Below are positions 1 through 8,563 of a stretch of 64,000 nucleotides of DNA, piece by piece (positions within the stretch are counted from its first letter, which is position 1; every line of letters starts with the position of its first letter). The DNA is taken from positions 124,001 to 188,000 of IMG/VR virus record IMGVR_UViG_3300020154_000003. The stretch is one strand, 5' to 3'. A program made the translations under genes and the position numbers. Below the pieces are notes generated by a model. The model saw only the letters and a list, made by a program, of their open reading frames with translations. It ran no database searches and was not told the origin of the DNA.

Positions 1-17
1 CTAAGGTTAAATCCAAA

Positions 18-674
18 TTGGATTATACACACATAATCGCAGTACTGGACAAATCCAGTTCTATGCATTCAGTAGCGAATGCTGCCATGAAAGGTTTTAA
101 TGAATTCCTGACATCACAAAAAGCCTTAAAAGGGAAAGCCACTATGGACGTGTTATTGTTCAGTAGTGCTGATAAAATCGACTATATCTCGCAGGGTGTT
201 GACATCAGTGAGGTTGCTGAATTAACCTCTGAGACTTATCGTCCTCAGGGCACTACAGCATTATTCGATGCAATCGTGAAAGCCACTTCAACTTACAAAC
301 TGAAGTATGATGAATTGAAGCCTTCAAAGAGACCCGATAAGATTTTGGTAATTGCTATTACTGATGGAGAAGAAAATAGCAGCACAGAATTTCCTATAAG
401 TAAAGTTGGTGATGTCAAAGCATTGATCACAAAACGTAAGTCGGAAAACTGGCAGTTTATGTTCTTGTGCTCGACTGAAGATGCCGTGTTAACTGGCGAA
501 TCTCTTGGAGTTTCAAGAGGTAACACAATGCAGTTTACCAATAGCGATCTTGGTAATCAAGCCATGTACTCTGCTGTGGCATCTGCTGCGACCATGTACA
601 GATCGACTTCACTGAGAAGTAAGAGTTTTAGCAAGGTCAGCGATAATTTGCTGGCTGAGGATGATATTTCCTAA
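18..674 (+). CDS. von Willebrand factor A (vWA) domain protein
   Basis: MIDAS motif LDKSSSM, TALFDA, and ITDGEENSS. Confidence 0.85.
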   Translation: MDYTHIIAVLDKSSSMHSVANAAMKGFNEFLTSQKALKGKATMDVLLFSSADKIDYISQGVDISEVAELTSETYRPQGTTALFDAIVKATSTYKLKYDELKPSKRPDKILVIAITDGEENSSTEFPISKVGDVKALITKRKSENWQFMFLCSTEDAVLTGESLGVSRGNTMQFTNSDLGNQAMYSAVASAATMYRSTSLRSKSFSKVSDNLLAEDDIS

Positions 675-683
675 ATTTAATTA

Positions 684-977
684 ATGGGTGGTATGAATAA
701 TACCATCCATTTTTTTATGAAACGAAAGAAAGAACCAGTACCAATATTTCGAGATTACGTAGTGTTCTATGAGGTTAAGAATGATAAAAACTCTACCAAA
801 TGGGACATGTTATGGCGAGAAACAGGCGAAAAGGCAGGTGATGTAGAATTTTTTAAAGATAAATTCGACACTTATGTTTATAATGTTTTCCCACAATTTA
901 AGCGTTTAAGCGGGGTTTGGGTTGATCTCAGGAAACTTATAAAAGAAAAATCTGGTCACGACATTGCAAAATTCTAA
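684..977 (+). CDS. hypothetical protein (start may be ATG 717)
   Basis: ORF co-oriented with its neighbours; no recognised motif. Confidence 0.55.
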   Translation: MGGMNNTIHFFMKRKKEPVPIFRDYVVFYEVKNDKNSTKWDMLWRETGEKAGDVEFFKDKFDTYVYNVFPQFKRLSGVWVDLRKLIKEKSGHDIAKF

Positions 978-1002
978 AACATTTTTTAGATTTGCACGTA
1001 TA
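977..1002 (+). promoter_or_regulatory. ECF-type promoter (AAC-N16-CGTA) upstream of the Pth2-like/tRNA operon
   Basis: AAAC at 977-980 and CGTATA at 997-1002, with the same 16-nt spacing as the repeated promoters at 34-54 kb. Confidence 0.6.
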
Positions 1003-1022
1003 TATAGAAAACACCAAAAATC

Positions 1023-1403
1023 ATGAAAAAAGAACTGTAGATTTCCAATCCTAGCGATCTTAAACTGGTAACCATTACCAGACAAGACCTACCAATGGGC
1101 GCAATCATTGCCCAAACAGTACATTCAACAGCATCATTTGCCATCCAGTACCCTGACAAATTTCGTCATTGGGAACAAACATCAAACTACGTAGCGTGTC
1201 TAGCTGCAAAGGATGAGCAAGAACTACTCAAGTATTACGACCGATTAATAAAGGCAGGAGCCGATGTGGTATTATTCCGTGAACCCGACATGGATAACCA
1301 AGCAACATCCCTATGCTTTTACGGCACTCCTGAGTTTCGGAAAATTACAAGCAGTTTACCATTAATGTTCAAGCAGAAGAAGGAGGTGGCTATGGCAGCA
1401 TAA
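1023..1403 (+). CDS. peptidyl-tRNA hydrolase 2 (Pth2)-fold protein with in-frame TAG at codon 6 (1038-1040)
   Basis: From ATG 1023 reads MKKEL*ISNPSDLKLVTITRQDLPMGAIIAQTVH...FREPDMDNQATSLC. The Pth2 N-terminal strand (KLVxxxRxDL...AQxxH) lies upstream of the ORF-track start at 1095 and in frame with it. Confidence 0.75.
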
Positions 1404-1411
1404 TTTCACAT

Positions 1412-1486
1412 CCTTTGGTAGCTTAAGCTGGTTAAAGCCCATGACTGATCCTCATGGAGATGGTTGTTCGAATCGGCCCCAAAGGA
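1412..1486 (+). tRNA. tRNA-Ile(GAT), atypical C37/C38, no encoded CCA
   Basis: Cloverleaf: acceptor CCTTTGG/CCAAAGG, D stem GCTT/AAGC, anticodon stem CATGA/TCATG with loop CTGATCC, T arm GGTTG-TTCGAAT-CGGCC. Confidence 0.75.
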
Positions 1487-1493
1487 CTTAAAA

Positions 1494-1573
1494 CCTCGTG
1501 TAGCTTAGTGGTCTAAAGCAGCATACTTATAATATGCCTATCGTCTTAAACGGTTCGAATCCTACCACGAGGA
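1494..1573 (+). tRNA. tRNA-Ile(TAT)-like gene with a disrupted/inserted T stem
   Basis: Acceptor CCTCGTG/CACGAGG, anticodon stem GCATA/TATGC with loop CTTATAA, T loop GGTTCGAATCC. The 5' T strand is GT-CTTAAAC-GG instead of the GTAGG needed to pair with CCTAC. Confidence 0.65.
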
Positions 1574-1585
1574 CTTTAAAAAAAT

Positions 1586-1658
1586 GAGAGTATGGCTCAG
1601 TGGTTAGAGCAAGGACTTCTAAACTCCTAGGTCGTGGGTTCGAATCCCACTACTCTCT
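1586..1658 (+). tRNA. amber suppressor tRNA (anticodon CTA at 1619-1621)
   Basis: Acceptor GAGAGTA/TACTCTC, D stem GCTC/GAGC, anticodon stem AGGAC/CTCCT (C.C mismatch at 31-39) with loop TTCTAAA, variable loop AGGTC, T arm GTGGG-TTCGAAT-CCCAC. Confidence 0.8.
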
Positions 1659-1677
1659 CTCAATAAAATAAAAAGTT

Positions 1678-2205
1678 ATGAAAACAATTAGAGAAACAAG
1701 TCAACCAGTAATCGATGCTCTTTTGAAGCATGTCGATCTTTGTGATGATCATTAGATACTTGAACCTTCAGCAGGCTTCGGTAATCTTGCGGATGGAATC
1801 GTAAGAGCGTGTCCTGACATAAAAGTTGATTGTGTCGAATTGAATGAACGCAACGTACAAATTCTCAAGGAGAAAGGGCATAACGTAGTTGGTCGTGACT
1901 TCTTTCACTTCAAAACAGAAAAGAAGTACTGGTACATCATCGCAGCACCAAACTTCAAAGACAATATTGATGTCGAACACATCATGAAGATGTACACACA
2001 TCTTAGTAATGGTGGAACGATAGTATCACTCACATCCCCGTACTGGATGACAGGAAACTCTGAACGTCAGATTAAACTCAGGTACTGGTTAGCAGATAAA
2101 AATTATAAAATTGAAATGCTTCCAGACAACACTTTCATGGAAGATGGTCAGACTGTTCCAACGTGCATTATTGTAATACGTAAATCTTACTGTGATGGGA
2201 ATTGA
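1678..2205 (+). CDS. class I SAM-dependent methyltransferase with in-frame TAG at 1753-1755
   Basis: From ATG 1678 reads MKTIRE...CDDH*ILEPSAGFGNLAD...VDCVELNE...GRDFF...IIAAPNF...GGTIVSL. Motif I (LEPSAGxG) lies upstream of the ORF-track start at 1840 and in frame with it. Confidence 0.8.
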
Positions 2206-2641
2206 AAATAGCAAATATAAACCAGCGAAGAAAGTCTCTCCAATCCAAGTACGATGGAATGAGCCGTTAGGTAAAGCTGAATGTCCGTATGCTTTTAGAT
2301 GGGTGTTAAACCTTTGGGCATTCTCATTTAGAATACACCACTTCGTTAGGTCTGATGATAAGAGACATTTCCATGATCACGGTTGGTGGTTCCTTACGTT
2401 GGTATTGAAAGGTAGTTACGTGGATGTTAGCCCCGATAGGAGAGATCAATTAACCGCAGGTAGCATTAGATTCAGAAAGGCGACACATAAGCATTATGTT
2501 GAAGTACCTGATGGCGGTGTGTGGACATTCTTAATGACAGGCCCAAGTATAAGAAATTGGGGATTTTGGGTGAATGGAAAATTTAAACGACCATTGAAAT
2601 ATTTTCATCGATATGGTCATCCCCCGTGTGACGAACAATAA
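2192..2641 (+). CDS. cupin-like phage protein
   Basis: HHFVRSDDKRHFHDHGW...LKGSY...HKH...WTFLMTGP...WGFW pattern. Confidence 0.6.
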   Translation: MMGIENSKYKPAKKVSPIQVRWNEPLGKAECPYAFRWVLNLWAFSFRIHHFVRSDDKRHFHDHGWWFLTLVLKGSYVDVSPDRRDQLTAGSIRFRKATHKHYVEVPDGGVWTFLMTGPSIRNWGFWVNGKFKRPLKYFHRYGHPPCDEQ

Positions 2642-2664
2642 TTTAAAAACTAAATAATAACGCT

Positions 2665-2700
2665 ATGAAAAACTTATAGAGTATCTCGCGACCACCATAA
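2665..2700 (+). promoter_or_regulatory. putative leader peptide MKNL(TAG)SISRPP(TAA) followed by structured leader
   Basis: ATG AAA AAC TTA TAG AGT ATC TCG CGA CCA CCA TAA; hairpins at 2708-2722, 2723-2750 and 2778-2793. Confidence 0.55.
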
Positions 2701-2809
2701 TTGGGTTATACCGAATCGGTATTATAGTTCCGAAATCAGAAAAAACTATACCAACTTAGTATAATAAATTTAAAAACAGGCAGTATAATGCCTACAAAGA
2801 AAAACAATT

Positions 2810-3268
2810 ATGGAAAATACAATAGAAAAAAGACACATTAACGTGAAGGATGTAAATTATGAATTGATCATCACAACATTGAATCAAATCAAAACTTTCG
2901 TCAAGGAAAACAACTATCAATTCAAAGATGAGAAGGGGTTTGATGAGATCACAAAGGAGAACTTTGAAAAAGCTTGGAATGACTTGAGCAAGAAAAAAAG
3001 AAAGAAATTAGCGTCATACATTTGGGCAGTCACCAATCACCCAACTTTCGCTAAGGTGAATAAATTCTTGCACTTCTTGATGAAGCATTTCATGCATTCA
3101 GATACCAGAATTCGTGTAATCAAATCAGAAAAGGAAATCGCCATTCAAGAAAAACGAAAAATGTATAAGGAAGCTTTAGCGAAAGCGAAGGCAGCTTATG
3201 GAGCATATAAATTAGAGAAGGGCGACTTCTATAAAATAAGATTAGCTAAAAATCAGGGAGTTCAATAA
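2810..3268 (+). CDS. hypothetical basic helical protein downstream of the amber leader
   Basis: 152-aa ORF with an A-rich start context. Confidence 0.75.
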   Translation: MENTIEKRHINVKDVNYELIITTLNQIKTFVKENNYQFKDEKGFDEITKENFEKAWNDLSKKKRKKLASYIWAVTNHPTFAKVNKFLHFLMKHFMHSDTRIRVIKSEKEIAIQEKRKMYKEALAKAKAAYGAYKLEKGDFYKIRLAKNQGVQ

Positions 3269-3915
3269 TGAAAACAAAGGATTTTATAAAAATGCTACAG
3301 GAAGCAGACCCCACAGGTGAAGGCTATATACGCCTCCCTGATGGGGGTGCCCCGTGGTTCGCAGAACAGAAGCCCGGATATTGGGATGGGCCTTATCAGT
3401 ACTTGGAAAAAATTAACCCGGAACAACATGACCATGCAGGGAATTTCAAATTGATTACTTCAACCAAAGGTTATAAGGTGGACATCCATTGTATGGATTT
3501 TTCAAGTATTGTTTGGGATGAAGACGGTGACATGGAAGAGATCAAGAAGCGTATTGCGTTTGATTATGCTGGCTATGGCCCGGACATTAGATCAGAGAAA
3601 GAAGAGCGATGCTGGAAAACAATTGAAGACGAAGCTAAATATGCACGGAACTTACACGAAAAGTCGCTCATTGAATGGACTGATCGTGTCATACGTGATT
3701 ACGTTGACTGTGGATATGAGATACGCCAGCCGTTGGATAAACCTATTGGCTATTATCATTGCATGACTGCACATACTCTATTCACTAAAAAAGTGTTCTG
3801 TCAGGGTGAATGTATGGCCGTTATAATGAGTGGTAAATTTTATCCTGAAAAGGGAGAAAAACATTACGTCTGGAAATACGACCCGGAAAGGGGTAAAGAC
3901 TGGTCTATTCGTTGA
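3268..3915 (+). CDS. hypothetical protein
   Basis: 215-aa ORF coupled to the previous gene (TAATG). Confidence 0.75.
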   Translation: MKTKDFIKMLQEADPTGEGYIRLPDGGAPWFAEQKPGYWDGPYQYLEKINPEQHDHAGNFKLITSTKGYKVDIHCMDFSSIVWDEDGDMEEIKKRIAFDYAGYGPDIRSEKEERCWKTIEDEAKYARNLHEKSLIEWTDRVIRDYVDCGYEIRQPLDKPIGYYHCMTAHTLFTKKVFCQGECMAVIMSGKFYPEKGEKHYVWKYDPERGKDWSIR

Positions 3916-3940
3916 ATCCTTAATTAAGAAATTGAATTTA

Positions 3941-3966
3941 AGAGGCTTTTTTTAGCCTCTTTTTTT
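3941..3966 (+). terminator. intrinsic terminator closing the amber operon
   Basis: AGAGGCT...AGCCTCT followed by a T run. Confidence 0.7.
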
Positions 3967-4360
3967 TGTGTATTTGTTATTTATTACTAGATTTACACAA
4001 TATGCAAGATTTCATTTTACTCAAAAAAACCTATCCTGTCTCAATCTATGAGAGGGCTTGTGATGCCTATAAGTACTTCGCTGAGTGTACCACTGAAGAC
4101 CAGCGCAAAGAATGGGGTATCGATATATCAAAAATGAAAAAGACAATCCAACCTTACGAAAAATACATCTATCAAGCTGGTATTGAGGGAGGTAATTTTA
4201 AAACACTCAGCAGTTCTTTTGAAAACTATGCTCTTGTTCGAGAGCATGTTTTTGGTATAAAAGATAATGAGTGATTTTTATTTCGAAAAGTTTGCATTTC
4301 TTAAACTATTCACATAAGTTTACTTCTGACATAATATTATATTAAATTCCAGAACGGAAT

Positions 4361-4795
4361 ATGAGTGGAACCACTAAAAATTTGAATCAAACAAATGAGC
4401 CTAAAAGTACTTTTGAAAGAGAAATGGAGAATCCAGCATTTAAAGCTGAATTTGAGAAAGAGTACGCAAAAGATATTGAAGTAGCAGAATTAACAGAAGA
4501 TCAAATAAAATCTAAAATCGCCGAACTTCAAGAAGAAGAAAATGCAAAAAGACTCTTAAAGATTGAGGAAGTAAGAGCATTACATCCTTCTAAAGTGCTC
4601 AACCGCGCACAGCTTGAAGCACTTTTGTCTATCAAGGAAGAAGAACTGACTGATGCTGATAAAAGCAGAGTTCAACTTGCAACCCTTAGACTAAAACATC
4701 ATAAATATACTGGTACAGGCTACTCTAGCACCGAACGCAAAAAGGTTAGAGCAGCAAGAAGAGTATCCAGAAAATCTCGTAAGGTGAATAGATAA
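4361..4795 (+). CDS. hypothetical protein with very basic C-terminal tail
   Basis: Ends RKKVRAARRVSRKSRKVNR. Confidence 0.7.
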   Translation: MSGTTKNLNQTNEPKSTFEREMENPAFKAEFEKEYAKDIEVAELTEDQIKSKIAELQEEENAKRLLKIEEVRALHPSKVLNRAQLEALLSIKEEELTDADKSRVQLATLRLKHHKYTGTGYSSTERKKVRAARRVSRKSRKVNR

Positions 4796-4803
4796 AATCC
4801 GTC

Positions 4804-5163
4804 ATGGCAGAGCAAATTATTCAAAAAAAATGGGTAAGAAAAGTCGGCTATGTTTCGGAATTCGAAATTGATGCACGTTGGGTTCTCTATGAAGATGGTA
4901 ACCCAAGACCTCAAGGAAGCTTGCGTATAGTAAGCTTCCCTGATTTGCCTCCCGGACATTTAAAAAGTTTTTGCAGTATCGTCATCAAAAGAACACCAAA
5001 AACAGAACAGGAGATTATGGATACTGTAACTAAAAATGATATGACTGTCGAAGAATTAGAATTGTATTCAATTGATGAGCATATCGAAACTTGGGATGTA
5101 ACAGATACAGCACCACTATACAAACTAGAAAAAACATACGGAGTAAAAGTTTTTAACAACTAA
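4804..5163 (+). CDS. hypothetical protein
   Basis: ORF in operon context. Confidence 0.65.
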   Translation: MAEQIIQKKWVRKVGYVSEFEIDARWVLYEDGNPRPQGSLRIVSFPDLPPGHLKSFCSIVIKRTPKTEQEIMDTVTKNDMTVEELELYSIDEHIETWDVTDTAPLYKLEKTYGVKVFNN

Positions 5164-5171
5164 ACAATATA

Positions 5172-5870
5172 ATGATCATAGGACTCTCCGGGCATATCAA
5201 AAGTGGTAAATCCACAGCAGCCCAATTAATTCAAAGCGAAACCAATAATAAATTTGTTGAGAAATATTTTGCATACAAGTTAAAATTTATTGCCTCTTAC
5301 CTAACTGGTGACCCCATTCAATTGTTTGAAACTCAAGAAGGTAAGGAAGGATATTTGGAAGATTGGGGTATGACAAGGCGAGAAATTCTTCAAAAGCTTG
5401 GTACAGAATCACTCCGAGAAAATTTCGATAAAAACGTTTGGATAAAAGGAGTGTTTGCTGATTATAAACCACAATCAGTATCAGCACCTGCAGCCATATC
5501 TGGCAATCCTCAAATTGAAAAGTATCCTAATTGGATTATCTCCGATGTTCGTTTCCCCAACGAAGCTGACGCGATCAAAACAAAAGGTGGTCTATTACTT
5601 AGGGTTAACCGTCCAGTTGATTTGATATACCCCAATGAATGGAACTCTTATGCTAGTGAAAATAAGGATTCTGAGTTGAGTGAAAAAGGATTCCATGAAT
5701 GGTTATCATATGGCGATACTAAACAGTTTGATTTATTCAAAAAATTAACCCACCCATCAGAAATTGGATTGGATGACTATGAAGATTTTGACTTTATAGT
5801 TGACAATAATGACACCCTAGAATCTTTTCAAGGGAAAATTAAACATATTATTCACACACATTTAAACTAA
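5172..5870 (+). CDS. deoxynucleoside monophosphate kinase (T4 gp1-like)
   Basis: P-loop GHIKSGKST, FAYKLK, REILQKLGTE, IISDVRFPNE, HPSE. Confidence 0.9.
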   Translation: MIIGLSGHIKSGKSTAAQLIQSETNNKFVEKYFAYKLKFIASYLTGDPIQLFETQEGKEGYLEDWGMTRREILQKLGTESLRENFDKNVWIKGVFADYKPQSVSAPAAISGNPQIEKYPNWIISDVRFPNEADAIKTKGGLLLRVNRPVDLIYPNEWNSYASENKDSELSEKGFHEWLSYGDTKQFDLFKKLTHPSEIGLDDYEDFDFIVDNNDTLESFQGKIKHIIHTHLN

Positions 5871-6635
5871 ATGTCTTCACTAACATACGATGTTGCATTT
5901 GCAAAAACGCAACTAAATAAACTGATTCAAATATATGGTGCGCAACCTAATTATACTTGGTCAGTACTTTTATCAAAAATAGAACATCACTCCAATGCAA
6001 TTGCAAGGGGTGAAGACTATGATAGTAATGAGTTTCTTCATAGCGTATGGGTTCAATATTATTCATCTTTATTAAGTGAAAGTTACATTTTGAATCCTAA
6101 TGGGGATGATCGAAATCATTCATATTTGAACACTCCGAATATTGGTTTGGATATTGATGAAGTTTTAGCTGATTGGGTTACTGCTTGGACTAAGTTATAT
6201 AATTTAGAACGTCCAACAGCATGGTCTTTTGATCGTAAAATTTTAGAACGATTTAAGGAAATGGAGAAGGCAGGTACATTGGATGATTTCTATTTAAATT
6301 TAGAACCTAAATCAAAAGGTTGTGATCTTCCCTTTGAACCTGTTTGTTACATCACCTCAAGACCCGTAAAAAGCGAAGTGACTCAAGAATGGTTGCATAA
6401 ACACGGGTTCCCTTCAAAACCAGTTCATACTGTTCCAGTATACGAATCTAAAGTTAAAGTCGCGAAAGAAGCCAACGTAGAAATTTTTGTTGATGATGGA
6501 TGGCACAATTTCAGAGAGTTCAACAAGAACGGCATATGTTGTTATTTGTTTGACGCACTTCACAACCAAAAATATAAAGTAGGACATAAAAGAATTAAAT
6601 CACTAAACGAATTGCCATGTCTGTATTACAAATGA
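5871..6635 (+). CDS. HAD 5'(3')-deoxyribonucleotidase-like protein with N-terminal degenerate DUF5664 (dATP/dGTP diphosphohydrolase)-like segment
   Basis: GLDIDEVLAD, YITSR and FVDD HAD motifs; N-terminus HH..AIARGEDYD...P.GDDR. Confidence 0.7.
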   Translation: MSSLTYDVAFAKTQLNKLIQIYGAQPNYTWSVLLSKIEHHSNAIARGEDYDSNEFLHSVWVQYYSSLLSESYILNPNGDDRNHSYLNTPNIGLDIDEVLADWVTAWTKLYNLERPTAWSFDRKILERFKEMEKAGTLDDFYLNLEPKSKGCDLPFEPVCYITSRPVKSEVTQEWLHKHGFPSKPVHTVPVYESKVKVAKEANVEIFVDDGWHNFREFNKNGICCYLFDALHNQKYKVGHKRIKSLNELPCLYYK

Positions 6636-7024
6636 TTTATTTGGGTTGTGCTACTCTGCTGCTTGCAGACGCATTGTTTATGTTATTCAATTTTAAATAT
6701 AGTTATAATGTGTATTTAAAAGAACGAAAGATACATCACATAAACACCACCACGGAGGAAAGATCAGTACTTAATGATGAACATTTCAATGAGATGGGGC
6801 TGTACCGAAGTTTAGTAAAAATTTTCGTGTACTGGTTTTGGTTTATTGCAGGATTCTTCACCTTCTTGTGGCCTATACACTGTTCCGTATTCTTAATTAA
6901 TTTAATATCGGAACTGTCGGTTGGTGGGAAAATAAATATCTCAACTTTTTCATTTTTCTTTAAACTGTTTCTATATTTGTCCGTATATTTGACAACAATC
7001 ATAACTTTGTTAACAAGTTATTAA
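6617..7024 (+). CDS. membrane protein
   Basis: Several hydrophobic segments. Confidence 0.6.
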   Translation: MSVLQMIYLGCATLLLADALFMLFNFKYSYNVYLKERKIHHINTTTEERSVLNDEHFNEMGLYRSLVKIFVYWFWFIAGFFTFLWPIHCSVFLINLISELSVGGKINISTFSFFFKLFLYLSVYLTTIITLLTSY

Positions 7025-7252
7025 TCCCACCAACATGAGTATAGCAAAAGAAAAATCTTTAGAGTTGACCGACTACGAAATACTATTTAAAGATTCAAAT
7101 GAATATTTCTGTGTTGAGAAAGCCAAAATGATTCAGGAGGGCGTGTTTGTACGATTCATCTGCTTCGAATCTCAACAAGGTGTCTCCACTGTCAAGGAAA
7201 ATGTTTGGTTTCCTATAGCAAACATTCACCGCATTAAATCTTACGCAAAATA

Positions 7253-7738
7253 ATGATTGACAACAACTTGGACTACAATACCCTTGTTCAGAGGATGTAT
7301 TGTTTAACACTGTATAATATTAGCCCGATACAACAAGGTATACAATCGCTACATGCAGTTGTGGAGTACGCCAATCATTATGGCGACACACCTTCATACA
7401 AAAGATGGGCTAATGTTGATAAGACGGTAATTATTTTAAATGGTGGCTCATCCATCAGTTTAGAATCTCACATTCTCAACTTAAAAGCAATTGGTGTTGA
7501 TCTTGCAGTATTCAGAGAGCCAGATTTATTCAACGGTATTACTGCAGTTGGCCTCTTGGCAGATGAAAGAATTTGGGATCGAGAAAAATATCCAGATCGA
7601 TTACCACCATTAGAACCAATCAACGGTTTGACACCTGCGATTCATCGCGAATTTGATCTTGAGTTTTTCAAGAAAAGTATCGGAGGCGAAATGAATTTTC
7701 AATTAAAAGAATACTTATCTAAATTAAAATTAGCATAA
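7253..7738 (+). CDS. second Pth2-fold-like phage protein
   Basis: ISPIQQGIQSLHA...KTVIILNGG...FREPDL..ITAV. Confidence 0.6.
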   Translation: MIDNNLDYNTLVQRMYCLTLYNISPIQQGIQSLHAVVEYANHYGDTPSYKRWANVDKTVIILNGGSSISLESHILNLKAIGVDLAVFREPDLFNGITAVGLLADERIWDREKYPDRLPPLEPINGLTPAIHREFDLEFFKKSIGGEMNFQLKEYLSKLKLA

Positions 7739-8068
7739 ATGGGAAAAGCGAGTTCGAATGCAGGAAAAGATTATTATAGAAGACCAGATTATCAACATTT
7801 ATTCAAAGAGATCAAGGAAAAAGTTAAAGGAATACCATTTACCACCGAAACCCCGACATTTGTGGATACAGTAGTGAACACCGAGTACAAAGATAAGAAT
7901 GGGAAAGATTTGTTTTTCAGGGATGAAGTTCAGTTACAAGACGAAAAATTTATCATTGACTACGATGGAAAGCAATTCAAATGGGTAGTAAAAAATGAAA
8001 GTAAGGTAATTATGTTAAAAGAGGTCTCTAAAAAGATCGTTTTGACGAAAAAGCAAAAAAACCGTTAA
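7739..8068 (+). CDS. hypothetical protein with YopX-like C-terminal part
   Basis: TEYKDKNGKDLFFRDEV resembles the YopX TGxKDKNGxEIYEGDI motif. Confidence 0.45.
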   Translation: MGKASSNAGKDYYRRPDYQHLFKEIKEKVKGIPFTTETPTFVDTVVNTEYKDKNGKDLFFRDEVQLQDEKFIIDYDGKQFKWVVKNESKVIMLKEVSKKIVLTKKQKNR

Positions 8069-8138
8069 AACAGCTATTTTCAGCGTTTTTTAAACATTTC
8101 ACTTACTTTTTCGTATAATATTGTATTAAAGTATACAT

Positions 8139-8540
8139 ATGGACGAGGAAGAAATTTTGCTAGAAAAAACCGTTATGGCGATTAGAAACGATTTCCTTAA
8201 CAGTAATATTAAATCTCTAGGGGATTGGCTTAAAATCTATGGTGAAGAAACCTATGATGAAACGGCCAAGATCATTGAAGATTACGTTACAAAGGTCAGT
8301 GAAGGCAGATTTGACGAGATCGAGCATTGGCAAAAAGTAGTCATGCTTAATTCAATCGCACTGTACATGATTGAAATGGACTTCGATTTCATACCGCCAG
8401 TACCTGAACATAGGAATAAAATCGTTGCAACATTTATTGAAACCATCCGCACATACAAATACATTAAATTAGGGTATTTAAAACCTACAGGGGAGATATT
8501 GATCTCCAACCCTAAGACCCAAGAATTTGTACAGGCATAA
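8139..8540 (+). CDS. hypothetical protein
   Basis: ORF preceded by an AAC-N16-CGTATA motif (~8092-8118). Confidence 0.65.
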   Translation: MDEEEILLEKTVMAIRNDFLNSNIKSLGDWLKIYGEETYDETAKIIEDYVTKVSEGRFDEIEHWQKVVMLNSIALYMIEMDFDFIPPVPEHRNKIVATFIETIRTYKYIKLGYLKPTGEILISNPKTQEFVQA

Positions 8541-8563
8541 TCTTAATTAAGGATTTTATTAAA

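Noticed and set aside
1586-1658. Reading the third tRNA as tRNA-Arg(TCT)
   Set aside because: Centring TCT requires AAGGA to pair with ACTCC, which fails. The AGGA/TCCT stem centres CTA.
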